NCBI GenBank assembly: GCA_013334825.1
Contig: JAAXWR010000002.1
Location: forward strand, 100,025 to 153,008
From: Candidatus Yonathbacteria bacterium
GTDB taxonomy: Bacteria; Patescibacteriota; Minisyncoccia; Phycocordibacterales; JACNGX01
Reading direction: 5' to 3'
DNA: 52,984 bases
The position numbers and the translations under genes are program-made. Below the pieces are notes generated by a model. It did no database searches, was not told where the DNA came from, and saw only the letters and a list, made by a program, of their open reading frames with translations. Positions 34,507-43,470 of the stretch are shown one piece after another. Numbering within the stretch: position 1 is the first letter of the stretch; each line of letters starts with the position of its first letter.

Positions 34507-34758
34507 TATTTGATTGTAAAACAAAACTTCTTATAAACAATTCCGTATATCTGCCAAAACAGCTACTTCGGAACAGTATATGTATTTGATTGTAAAACAA
34601 AACTTCTTATAAACAATTCCGTATATCTGCCAAAACAGTTATGCGGGAATATTGATACTACAATCTTTTGTAGTGTTTTGTGAGATTGGGACAAACCCGT
34701 ATATCTGCCAAAACAGCTACTTCGGAACAGTATATGTATTTGATTGTAAAACAAAACT
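34507..34758. repeat. 76-bp tandem repeat (one full copy plus two partial copies, the last after a 58-bp spacer) between tRNA-Asn and pyk
   Basis: Unit tatttgattgtaaaacaaaacttcttataaacaattccgtatatctgccaaaacagctacttcggaacagtatatg. Copies at 34507-34582, 34583-34638 (partial) and 34697-34758 (partial). Confidence 0.9.
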
Positions 34759-34962
34759 CCCTATTGGAATGATTGCTTGTCCCAAACTCTTTGTTACCTG
34801 TCAGGTAACGTTCTTTATCATACCAAACGGACGAAAAATGGCAACCTGTTTTCCCATACTGTCAAAATGTCTAAGAGTAGTATATACTATTGATGCCAGA
34901 TGTTCTCCGGCGTATTTTTTACCATTTTATTTTCCCGCCATAGGCGTTTCATATTTATGAAA

Positions 34963-36444
34963 ATGAAGAAAACTCATATTATCGGTACTATCGGTCCTGT
35001 TTCAGATTCTGTTCCTGCGCTCAAAAAATTGATTGGAGCAGGGATGAATGTTGCACGTCTCAACTTCTCGCACGGTGACTGGACGACACATGAGATGGCA
35101 TACAACAACGTGCGTCAGGCGGCAAAAGAAATGAATCGAACAGTGCCTATTATGCAAGATCTTATGGGTCCAAAGATTCGTATTGGTGATTTTGCGACTG
35201 AGTTTGTGACGCTTAAAAAAGGAGGAAAATTTACACTTGTAACGGAGAAAAAAATCGGCGATGAAACACATGCGCATATTACCTATGAAGGATTGTATAA
35301 GGATGTGAAGAAAGGTACGAAAATTCTTCTCAATGATGGAAAGATTGAATTGACAGTAAAAGAAATAAAAGGAACAGATATTGTGTGTAAGATAGATGTT
35401 GGTGGAAAAATTCGTGGACGTCGTACTGTCAATGTGCCAGGAGCATATCTCAAGATTTCTTCACTTACCGCAAAAGACAAAAAAGATTTAACACTCGGTA
35501 TGAAGCTCGGTGTCGATTTTGTCGCGTTTTCATTTGTGCGTACCGCTGATGATGTGCGTGAACTCCGTGCGCTTCTTAAAAAATATAAATCCTCAGCAAA
35601 AATTATAGTAAAACTTGAAACACCTGAAGCGGTAGAGAACATCGATGAAATTATTGAAGAGACGGATTCTGTCATGATTGCACGTGGTGACTTGGCAGTG
35701 GAAGTACCACGAGAAGATGTTCCCATGATTCAAAAACGTATTATTGAACTTTGTAATGCAGCAGGAAAGCCTGTAATTGTGGCAACGCAGATGCTCGAGA
35801 CAATGATTACTGAAGCACATCCAACACGTGCCGAGGTAAGTGATATTGCCTATGCGGTGCTTGAAGGTGCAGATGTGCTCATGCTTTCAGCAGAAACAGG
35901 TGTAGGAGAATATGCAGTGGAGGCGGTGTCTACGATGGCACGCGTTGCAAAGAAAGCAGAGAGTTATGTGGAGCCAAAGAAAATAAAACGTACGCACGCT
36001 GTCTGCCCTCCCGAAGGAGTGTGCGCGTATGATGTAGTAGATTCTGTAAGTGAATCAGCGGTTGATATTGCACGTTCGGTGCATGCAAAAGTGATTATTG
36101 CTTTGACACAATCGGGATTTACTGCACGGATGATTTCACGTTTTCGTCCCAAACAACCAATTCTTGCCGTGACGACAAATGATGCAACATATCATCAAGC
36201 TGAGTTTTCATATGGTTGTTATACGCATAAGATTAAACAATTCGGAAATATTGATGAAGTGTATGGTGAGGTAGATCATCTTGTCCTCGGTGAAAAACTC
36301 GCCAAGAAAGGGGATCGTGTAGTTATCGTTGCAGGACTTCCGTTTGGTAAGATTGGTGGGACAAATATGATCATGGTGCACGTTGTGGGAGATACAACAG
36401 ATAGAACAGGGACAAAAAAAGAGAAGGCAAAAAAGAAAAAATAA
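34963..36444 (+). CDS. pyk: pyruvate kinase
   Basis: KIIGTIGP, NVARLNFSHG, MIARGDLAVE and the rest of the PK barrel. Lys-rich C-terminal tail TKKEKAKKKK. An alternative ATG lies at 34957. Confidence 0.95.
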   Translation: MKKTHIIGTIGPVSDSVPALKKLIGAGMNVARLNFSHGDWTTHEMAYNNVRQAAKEMNRTVPIMQDLMGPKIRIGDFATEFVTLKKGGKFTLVTEKKIGDETHAHITYEGLYKDVKKGTKILLNDGKIELTVKEIKGTDIVCKIDVGGKIRGRRTVNVPGAYLKISSLTAKDKKDLTLGMKLGVDFVAFSFVRTADDVRELRALLKKYKSSAKIIVKLETPEAVENIDEIIEETDSVMIARGDLAVEVPREDVPMIQKRIIELCNAAGKPVIVATQMLETMITEAHPTRAEVSDIAYAVLEGADVLMLSAETGVGEYAVEAVSTMARVAKKAESYVEPKKIKRTHAVCPPEGVCAYDVVDSVSESAVDIARSVHAKVIIALTQSGFTARMISRFRPKQPILAVTTNDATYHQAEFSYGCYTHKIKQFGNIDEVYGEVDHLVLGEKLAKKGDRVVIVAGLPFGKIGGTNMIMVHVVGDTTDRTGTKKEKAKKKK

Positions 36445-36474
36445 AAAATGAAAAAGAAAAAACGATAAACCAGA

Positions 36475-36512
36475 ACATACACGGCGGCCTACTGGACGCC
36501 GTGTATGTTTGT
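36475..36512 (+). terminator. hairpin terminator after pyk
   Basis: 12-bp stem acatacacggcg/cgccgtgtatgt. Confidence 0.65.
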
Positions 36513-36566
36513 GTTGGTGATATAAAAAGATGTTTTGCAAAAATAAAAAGCGCGTATACGCGCGCT

Positions 36567-37016
36567 TTATACGTAACCGAGAATGATTGGCCGCGTCATT
36601 GTGAGGGATTCTACTCTCTCTGCAATTTTGGCCATCCCTGGGGCATGTGCATTTAGCATATCGGGAAGCATCATGTTGTTAAGGCGCTCCGCCATAGCAA
36701 CCACTGTCCACTCGGGTGGTGGGTACCACCGCAAGATACTTTTTCCAGGACTTTCTCCAAGAGAGAGAATATGTCGCCTCTGATAAAAAGTATCTGATAA
36801 TTCGATGAATGTTCCCTCGAAATACCAGGGAAGACTTTTGTCTATATAGGAATAGACAGAAATACCAGGTACCGAGAAGATATTTTTTCCTCTTAAGGTG
36901 ATTCGCAACACTTCAGGAGAGATATGGAGGCTTGTTTGTATGACAACATTACACATTTCTCTGTTCTTGCCTATAGCAAAAGCAAGATAGCCATTTTTTT
37001 CAGGATCTTTTTTCAT
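36567..37016 (-). CDS. hypothetical protein
   Basis: 149-aa ORF. No family recognised. Confidence 0.5.
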   Translation of the reverse strand: MKKDPEKNGYLAFAIGKNREMCNVVIQTSLHISPEVLRITLRGKNIFSVPGISVYSYIDKSLPWYFEGTFIELSDTFYQRRHILSLGESPGKSILRWYPPPEWTVVAMAERLNNMMLPDMLNAHAPGMAKIAERVESLTMTRPIILGYV

Positions 37017-37137
37017 GCTTCTTTTTTTGTGTGTTTTTCAGAACTTCTGACAAAAGGTATACACCCATAGATGACTTTTGTCAAAAAAACACACGGCAGA
37101 CATATTTGCCTGCCGTGTGTTTCTTCAATACTTTATA

Positions 37138-38448
37138 TTATTTGATTCCTTTTAAATATGAAGGGAGTTCAGCGAGTTTGACCGTGTCTTGGGAACGACT
37201 CTCCATGTTGCGGACGATGACCGTGCCATCCATTGCTTCTTGTTGTCCAAAAATAATCGCATAGGGAATGCCCATCTTTTCAGCAGTACCAAGTTGCGCG
37301 CCGAGTCCATCTTTTGACAAGGATTGGGCGATGGGGACGTGTGCTTTGCGGAGCATTTCAATGACGGACAGACTTTTCAGTCTCGCTTCAAAACCAAGTT
37401 GAATAAAATATACTTTTGGTTTCTTTAAGATACGTGGTGAGGGAATCTTGACTCCTTCTGTGGTGATAAGTCGGTCAATACCAATAGCCGCACCAACCGC
37501 GGGGATAGGTTTTTTGGAACCAAGCAATTTACCAAGTCCATCATAGCGGCCACCTCCAGCAATCGTGAGTGAGGTTGCTTCCTCGCTTCCTTCAGCGGGA
37601 CACAGTGCTTTAATCTCAAATACTGTGTGTGAGTAATAATCAAGTCCACGAACCAGTGTATTGTCGATACGGTAGGTGATACCTGAGGAGTCAAGATACT
37701 CAAGCACTTCTTTGAAATGCTTTTTTGCTGGTGCAGAAAGATGATTGAGAGATTCAGGCGCTTCTTCTTTGAATTCCTGACAACGAGCATCTTTACAATC
37801 AAGAAGACGTAGGGGATTCGTCTTGAGGCGCTCTTTGCAGTGAGGACACAAACTATCTGTGTGTTTCTTGTAATAGTTCACAAGTGCGCGTGTATACGCG
37901 ACACGAGAATCGATATCACCGATACTGTTTATTTCTACACATAAATCCGCGAAACCGACTTCTTCGAGAGCGTCGACAACGGTACGAATGACGATAGCAT
38001 CGGCAATACTTTTTTCACTTCCCAGTATTTCAAAATTAAATTGACGAAATTCACGAAGACGACCTTTTTGTGGATTTTCATGACGGAAGAATTCTCCGTA
38101 ATTGTAGAGCATGACGGGCTGAGGAAGCGATTGCATGCCGTGTTCCATATACGCGCGCATAACGGCAGCTGTTCCTTCTGGACGCATGACGAGTTTGTCA
38201 CCACCTTTTGTGCGAAGTCCATACATTTCTTTTTCAACAATATCTGTATGCTCACCGACACCACGGGCAAAAACGTCTTCGTCCTCGAGGATAGGCGTCT
38301 GGATGGGAGAGAAACCGTAATACACGGCTACTTCTTGAATCTTTTCAAAGAGGCCTTGATATGCGTAAAAGTCTTCACCGATGATGTCGTGCATACCTTT
38401 CGGTGTGCGTAATTCTTTTGAGGATTTTTTTGCAGGTGTAGCTGACAT
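37138..38448 (-). CDS. hisS: histidine--tRNA ligase
   Basis: Class II motifs: PKGMHDI, LRPEGTA, FRHENPQKGRLREF and GGGRYDGL. Confidence 0.95.
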   Translation of the reverse strand: MSATPAKKSSKELRTPKGMHDIIGEDFYAYQGLFEKIQEVAVYYGFSPIQTPILEDEDVFARGVGEHTDIVEKEMYGLRTKGGDKLVMRPEGTAAVMRAYMEHGMQSLPQPVMLYNYGEFFRHENPQKGRLREFRQFNFEILGSEKSIADAIVIRTVVDALEEVGFADLCVEINSIGDIDSRVAYTRALVNYYKKHTDSLCPHCKERLKTNPLRLLDCKDARCQEFKEEAPESLNHLSAPAKKHFKEVLEYLDSSGITYRIDNTLVRGLDYYSHTVFEIKALCPAEGSEEATSLTIAGGGRYDGLGKLLGSKKPIPAVGAAIGIDRLITTEGVKIPSPRILKKPKVYFIQLGFEARLKSLSVIEMLRKAHVPIAQSLSKDGLGAQLGTAEKMGIPYAIIFGQQEAMDGTVIVRNMESRSQDTVKLAELPSYLKGIK

Positions 38449-38518
38449 AGATGTGTATCTGCGTATGATACCATGACAAATGGTAAATGGGTAATAGGGA
38501 CGACGCCGCTTAGATATA

Positions 38519-39121
38519 TCAATAATTCATTTCTCCAGGAAGCCATGCGGCATGAGAGACGGGGAAGAGACGGAGCATGACTTTTCCTTGAAGAAATCCT
38601 TCATTAAGTGTTCCCCACACACGTGAGTCAGAGCTTGCATATCGATTGTCGCCCATGACGAAATAATCATCTTCACCCAATGTGACGGTCATGGTGTCTT
38701 CTTTGGGATAGGTGATGTATGGTTCAGAGAGAGTAAGTCCAGCGGTATCGTCAGGTGACTCTTTGATGGTGACTGCACCATCTTTCAGTGAGACCGTTTC
38801 TCCGGGAAGACCAATGACTCGCTTGATGAAAGAGACAGATGGGTCTCCAGGGTATTTAAAGACAATAACGTCACCTCTCTGTGGATCGGTAAACCGATAG
38901 GAAAATTTATCGACAATAAGATAGTCGCTTGATTCAAATGTGGGGAGCATTGATTCACCTGAGACGAGAAACGGACTGATGATATACATGCGTACCGGAA
39001 GGACAATAAGAAGAATGAGAAAAACCGCTTTTGCTGTCTCTCGAAAAAATCCAGATTTTGGCACTCCCTGTGGGGATGTTTCGTGTGTTGGCACGGCGGT
39101 ATGTTCAATGAGTGTGTCCAT
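38519..39121 (-). CDS. lepB: signal peptidase I
   Basis: GESMLPTF (catalytic Ser), GDVIVFKYP, IKRVIGLPGE (Lys) and GDNRYASSDSR. Confidence 0.95.
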   Translation of the reverse strand: MDTLIEHTAVPTHETSPQGVPKSGFFRETAKAVFLILLIVLPVRMYIISPFLVSGESMLPTFESSDYLIVDKFSYRFTDPQRGDVIVFKYPGDPSVSFIKRVIGLPGETVSLKDGAVTIKESPDDTAGLTLSEPYITYPKEDTMTVTLGEDDYFVMGDNRYASSDSRVWGTLNEGFLQGKVMLRLFPVSHAAWLPGEMNY

Positions 39122-39201
39122 GAGAAAAAACGATACGATTGATATAAAGAATAGTATCGCAGAACGAAAAAGGACGCAATGTTTTTTGACGTAGATACCA
39201 T

Positions 39202-39700
39202 GCGGATTAGAAGCGAAAGGTGAGTTTCCCGCGACGTCTCTGCTATGGTGGGGTGGATAAATTTTAAGAATGTTTATGAAGATTACGAATAATGAATGTA
39301 TACGAATACGATTTTTTTTATCGTTTATAGTTTTCTCTTCCCATATTCCTTATTTCTATTTTCTTATTTCATTGTCTATAGTTTTCGTTTTCATATTTCT
39401 ATTTTCTTATTTCATCGTCTATCGTTTATAGTTTTCGTCTTCATATTTCATATTTCATCATTCGTCTTTCGTATTCTTGCTTCATGCTTCGTGATTCGTG
39501 CTTCGAGTATCTGTCCCTATAACCTATCACCTATAACCTCTTTCCTACGTTCATATTTCATCATTCATCTCTCACATTCTTGCTTCATGCTTCGTGATTC
39601 GTGCTTCGAGTATCTGTCCCTATAACCTATCACCTATAACCTCTTTCCTACATTCGTCCGTCCCTATCACCTCTAACCCATTTCCTACATTCATATTCCC
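39202..39700 (+). repeat. family F intergenic repeat, locus 3 (expanded)
   Basis: T/C-rich modules with TTATCGTTT (39318, 39420). Includes the 103-bp tandem duplication and a third partial distal module (39652-39690). Confidence 0.85.
39448..39651 (+). repeat. tandem duplication, 2 x 101 bp (period 103)
   Basis: 39448-39548 and 39551-39651. The distal portion of about 75 nt is identical; the few mismatches are all near the 5' part. Confidence 0.9.
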
Positions 39701-39709
39701 AATAGAGCA

Positions 39710-39718
39710 TGATATACT
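39710..39718 (+). promoter_or_regulatory. extended -10 (TGATATACT) of pth
   Basis: Ends 7 nt before ATG 39726. Confidence 0.5.
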
Positions 39719-39725
39719 TATGCGC

Positions 39726-40340
39726 ATGGAAAAAGGATATGTTGTTGTTGGCTTGGGTAATCCTGGCAAAGAATACGAAAAAACTCCACACAATGCGGGA
39801 CGTCTTGCTGTGGAACATTTTGCTACTGTGCGCGCGTTCGGCGCGTTCCGCGCCGAACGCGCGCACAAAGGTCTTGTGAGTGACGGCACGCTTGATATGC
39901 AAGACGGTACTCCATGTCCCGTCACACTCCTCTTGCCCGAAACGTTCATGAATGCATCAGGGAAAAGTGTGATTACCTGTATCTTGTCTACAGAAGCAGA
40001 GCGTTTGATTGTTATACACGATGATGTGGATATACCTCTTGGTACGGTCAAGGTTTCGCGTGACAGAGGAGCGGGGGGACACAATGGTATTGCATCAATT
40101 ATCAAAGAGCTTGGTACTGCGTCATTCATTCGTGTACGTGTCGGTGTCGCACCCAAAACAGTATTTGGTACTGTTCGTCGTCCTACAGGTGACCGATTGC
40201 CTGCATATGTGCTCAAACCTGTGCCTGCTCTCCGTGAGAAATCGTTTATGACAGGCATTGTCCTCGCAGGAGATGCGACAGAAGCAATTATCCGCAACGG
40301 AGTCGGGAGTGCAATGAATACATATAACGGACACCAATAA
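39726..40340 (+). CDS. pth: peptidyl-tRNA hydrolase
   Basis: VVGLGNPGKEYEKTPHNAG, HDDVDIPLG and GHNG motifs. Confidence 0.95.
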   Translation: MEKGYVVVGLGNPGKEYEKTPHNAGRLAVEHFATVRAFGAFRAERAHKGLVSDGTLDMQDGTPCPVTLLLPETFMNASGKSVITCILSTEAERLIVIHDDVDIPLGTVKVSRDRGAGGHNGIASIIKELGTASFIRVRVGVAPKTVFGTVRRPTGDRLPAYVLKPVPALREKSFMTGIVLAGDATEAIIRNGVGSAMNTYNGHQ

Positions 40341-40344
40341 TTCT

Positions 40345-42060
40345 ATGAAAGACGAAGCAACCAAACGTATTCATATCATCTTCTTTTTATTTGTCGGGTT
40401 CGCGCTCGTGTTATCGGGGCGTCTCTTTTATATTCAGACGGCGCGCGCAAGTTATTATCGTGAAAAAGCAGAAAATCAATATGTTAAACATGCGCCCGAT
40501 ACTGCCAATCGCGGAAATATTTTATTCACGTACAAAGATGGTGGAACAATTTCTGCGGCAACACTTGGATATGGGTATGAAGTAATCATGGACCCGAGTA
40601 TGGTCGATGACCCTGCGGATGCACTTGCAAAGCTCAAGACCGTACTTCCTTCGTTTGAAACAGAGACATTTATCGCCAAGGCGTCCGATACGACCGATCG
40701 ATATGAAGTTGTGGCCGGACGTTTAGATGAAGAGACAGCAAAAGCGGTGGAAGCTCTCGATATCAAAGGAATTGGCGCATATAAAGAAAGTTGGCGTGTA
40801 TATCCAGGGGGATCGCTTGCCGCGCATGTGCTCGGTTTCGTGGGGTATCAAGGTGATGGACTTGCGGGTCGATATGGATTGGAGCGATATTATGAAGATG
40901 TATTATCGCGTAGCAATACATATATTCCTGCGAACTTCTTTGTAGAATTGTTTTCAAGTATTGCTGACTCTATTGTAAAAAGTGAATATGAAAGAGAGGG
41001 AGATATCGTTGCTTCTATCGAGCCCAATGTTCAAGCGTATGCCGAACGTGTCTTGCGAGAGACGCGCGCACATTGGAGCTCTGATGAAGGAGGCATGATT
41101 GTTGTTGACCCGATGACAGGACGTATCTATGCGATGGCGGCATTCCCATCCTTCGACCCCAATGTGTACGGTGAAGAAACTGACACTGCCGTCTTTGTCA
41201 ATCCACTCACGGAAAATGTGTATGAAATGGGTTCCATTATCAAACCACTTACTGTCGCGGCAGGGCTTGACGCGGGTGTCATTACCGCAAGGACGACATA
41301 TAACGATACAGGAAGCATTGTCATAAATAGTGCGAAAATCAGTAACTACGATGGCAAAGCACGCGGTGTCGTGCCCATGCAGGAAATTCTCAATCAGTCA
41401 CTGAACACAGGCGTATCGTTTATCGCAGGCAAGTTGGGACATGAACAATTTCGCACGTATATGCGCAAACTCGGTATCGATGAAGAAACAGGTATCGATT
41501 TGCCGGGTGAAGTGCATGGACTTGCAGACAATCTCGACAGCCCCCGTGATATTGAATACGCGACAGCTTCGTTCGGGCAAGGTATTGCGATGACACCGAT
41601 TGAAGCGACCATGGCACTGTCCGCGCTCGGCAATGGAGGGAAATTACTGACTCCTGGACTCGTCACGCGTATTGCTTATGAAGACGGCTCAGAAAAACTT
41701 ATCTACCCTGATGAAGGAAGACAGGTATTCAAAAAGAGCACCTCAGATGAAATCACTCGTATGTTGGTAACTGTCGTGGATGATGCGCTTGCTGGCGGGA
41801 AATACGCCCTTCCGCAACACACTATCGCCGCAAAGACAGGGACCGCGCAGATGTCCAACCCTGCGGGCGGAGGATATTATGAAGACCGCTATTTGCACTC
41901 ATTCTTCGGTTATTTCCCTGCGTACAATCCACGTTTTCTTGTCTTTATGTATCACACGTATCCCAAAGGAGCGAAGTATGCATCCGAGACGCTGACGGCA
42001 CCTTTTATGGAGATGACGAAGTTTCTCATTAGTTATTATGAGATTCCACCAGATAGATAG
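40345..42060 (+). CDS. penicillin-binding protein 2 / FtsI-type transpeptidase
   Basis: N-terminal TM helix and PBP dimer domain. SxxK (GSIIKP), SxN (SLNTG) and KTG (KTGTAQ). Confidence 0.9.
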   Translation: MKDEATKRIHIIFFLFVGFALVLSGRLFYIQTARASYYREKAENQYVKHAPDTANRGNILFTYKDGGTISAATLGYGYEVIMDPSMVDDPADALAKLKTVLPSFETETFIAKASDTTDRYEVVAGRLDEETAKAVEALDIKGIGAYKESWRVYPGGSLAAHVLGFVGYQGDGLAGRYGLERYYEDVLSRSNTYIPANFFVELFSSIADSIVKSEYEREGDIVASIEPNVQAYAERVLRETRAHWSSDEGGMIVVDPMTGRIYAMAAFPSFDPNVYGEETDTAVFVNPLTENVYEMGSIIKPLTVAAGLDAGVITARTTYNDTGSIVINSAKISNYDGKARGVVPMQEILNQSLNTGVSFIAGKLGHEQFRTYMRKLGIDEETGIDLPGEVHGLADNLDSPRDIEYATASFGQGIAMTPIEATMALSALGNGGKLLTPGLVTRIAYEDGSEKLIYPDEGRQVFKKSTSDEITRMLVTVVDDALAGGKYALPQHTIAAKTGTAQMSNPAGGGYYEDRYLHSFFGYFPAYNPRFLVFMYHTYPKGAKYASETLTAPFMEMTKFLISYYEIPPDR

Positions 42061-42291
42061 GACGAGAAGCAAGAATACGGGAAAACTGGAAGCAAGAATC
42101 ACGAAGCACGAATCAAGAATACGGGAAAACTGGAAGCGCGGGACGAACTTACTGGAAGCAAGCTTGCCATGCACCCTACGTGGTGCAGGGAACATACGAA
42201 CCGAGACGGGAATCAGGAATACGAGACTGAAGGACAGGAGGTGAGAATCAAGACAAAACTGATAGGGAAGCATGGGACAGTGGCGAATACT
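42061..42291 (-). repeat. family F intergenic repeat, locus 4 (inverted orientation)
   Basis: The reverse complement carries tcgtattcttgattcgtgcttcgtgattc modules and a degenerate hairpin (42167-42190). Confidence 0.8.
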
Positions 42292-42660
42292 TTATTTTTT
42301 TTGTTCCGTCACTCTAAATGCGACAATTTTTTCTATGAGGTCATAGGGAATAGGTTTTTCAATAGGGAATTGGATCGCACCCTTTGATGTTTTGTAGAGA
42401 GAAAGCTCCTTTTCAAATTTTTTGATTGCTGAGGGTGTCGGATAAAAACCGATATGATACGTGAATGCGGCGAAGTGTACCAAGTTGCCGTTCAGAGTAA
42501 ATGTCGGCATGCCGTAGGCAATTTTCTCTTCCGCGCGTGGCGCAGCTTTTTGTATTGTTCGCCGTATCTTTTTCAGTATCGTCTGGATATTAGAAGGGAA
42601 CGCAGCGATATATGCGTCGATATCCGCGTATGTGTGTTGCATGCTGGTGCGCCCGCTCAT
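42292..42660 (-). CDS. DUF1801 (YdhG-like) domain protein
   Basis: IDAYIAAFPSNIQTILKKIRRTI ... YGMPTF ... LVHFAAFTYHIGFYP is the typical DUF1801 layout. Confidence 0.6.
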   Translation of the reverse strand: MSGRTSMQHTYADIDAYIAAFPSNIQTILKKIRRTIQKAAPRAEEKIAYGMPTFTLNGNLVHFAAFTYHIGFYPTPSAIKKFEKELSLYKTSKGAIQFPIEKPIPYDLIEKIVAFRVTEQKK

Positions 42661-42813
42661 ATGCGCATTATAGCAGTAGGGGAAGACATGTCGCAGTAAC
42701 GGTAAGTGGATAATGTCGAGGTGTATCGTCAAAAAAGCAACATTGTCTTTTGGGCATTTTTGTATTAAAATAATGCGCACGTATTTCAAGAAATACAACG
42801 TATCATACAAATT

Positions 42814-42833
42814 GGCCCTATCGTCTGATGGTT
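42814..42833 (+). pseudogene. 5' fragment of tRNA-Glu
   Basis: ggccctatcgtctgatggtt matches tRNA-Glu positions 1-20 with one mismatch. It lies 74 nt upstream of the real gene. Confidence 0.6.
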
Positions 42834-42887
42834 GATCGCCGTCGCGAAAGGGTAATAACATATATAAAGAGAAAAGAGAATAATCAT

Positions 42888-42959
42888 GGCCCTATCGTCT
42901 AATGGTTAGGACATCACCCTCTCACGGTGGTAATCGGGGTTCAAATCCCCGTAGGGTCA
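42888..42959 (+). tRNA. tRNA-Glu(CUC)
   Basis: Acceptor GGCCCTA/TAGGGTC, D arm GTCT-AATGGTTA-GGAC, anticodon stem TCACC/GGTGG, loop CTCTCAC, T arm CGGGG-TTCAAAT-CCCCG. Confidence 0.9.
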
Positions 42960-43024
42960 CAAAAAATCTTTAGGTCGCCGAAGAGGCGACCTTTAGATTT
43001 TTCTGTGACCCTACGAGAAAGGCA

Positions 43025-43167
43025 ACTGCTTGCCTTTCGTGGGATTTGAACCGGCGGAGCATATCGCACCAAAAGTGCGATGCGAGCCGCGCCCAGCGGT
43101 ACTTATGAAAATCCGAATACATGGAGGATTTTCATTAGTAACCGCGGGGTCGACTCCCCGTAGGGTC
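43025..43167 (+). repeat. family-E structured module 1 (ends in a tRNA-Glu 3'-end copy)
   Basis: Hairpin atcgcac/gtgcgat, GCCGCGCC box, hairpin 43106-43134 with loop GAATACATGGA, TTAGTAAC, T-arm-like cgggg-tcgact-ccccg, then tagggtc. Confidence 0.8.
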
Positions 43168-43170
43168 TTT

Positions 43171-43313
43171 ATATGAGTCGAACGGCGCAAGGCGGTATAC
43201 AAGATGCGCGACTTGTTCGCGCATGCTTGTCGCCGCGCCGCGTCCAGGAGTACTTAGTAGATTGCGAATACTTGGAGCAATCTACTTAGTAACTCCGGGA
43301 CGACTCCCCGTAA
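43171..43313 (+). repeat. family-E structured module 2
   Basis: Hairpin atgcgcga/tcgcgcat, GCCGCGCC box, hairpin 43257-43285 with loop GAATACTTGGA, TTAGTAAC, then ccgggacgactccccgta. Confidence 0.8.
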
Positions 43314-43318
43314 ATCGG

Positions 43319-43470
43319 ACTGCTTGCCTTTCGTGGGATTTGAACCGGCGGAGCATATCGCACCAAAAGTGCGATGCGAGCCGCGCCCAGTAACCCTTTG
43401 CATATTCCGAATACCTGGAGTAATATACGTAATAATCGGTAATAATCGCGGGACGATTTCCCGTAGGGTG
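43319..43470 (+). repeat. family-E structured module 3
   Basis: 43319-43390 is identical to 43025-43096. Degenerate hairpin with loop GAATACCTGGA (43409-19). Ends cgcgggacgatttcccgtagggtg. Confidence 0.75.

Noticed and set aside
34507-34758. Possible CRISPR array: regular repeats in a non-coding region.
   Set aside because: The repeat unit is 76 bp and the copies are directly abutting, or separated by a single 58-bp stretch. There is no alternation of short repeats with unique spacers of uniform length, and no cas genes occur in the window.
39448-39651. Possible CRISPR or coding repeat. The track ORFs 39296-39625 and 39594-40340 show repeated peptides.
   Set aside because: This is a two-unit 103-bp tandem duplication of an intergenic repeat family. 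The ORFs are low-complexity read-throughs. The true pth start is ATG 39726 (MEKGYVVVGLGNPG).
42661-42861. Upstream 67 codons of ORF 42292-42861.
   Set aside because: The DUF1801 homology begins at MSGRTSMQHTYADIDAYI. The upstream part overlaps the promoter region and the tRNA-Glu 5' fragment, and looks non-coding.
43007-43167. tmRNA or another tRNA-like RNA: an acceptor-like closing stem plus a T-arm-like hairpin.
   Set aside because: It is only about 160 nt long, with no tag reading frame and no G-U alanine identity pair. It is present in several tandem and dispersed copies, and the T-loop is 6 nt (TCGACT). I report it as an unexplained repeat family instead.
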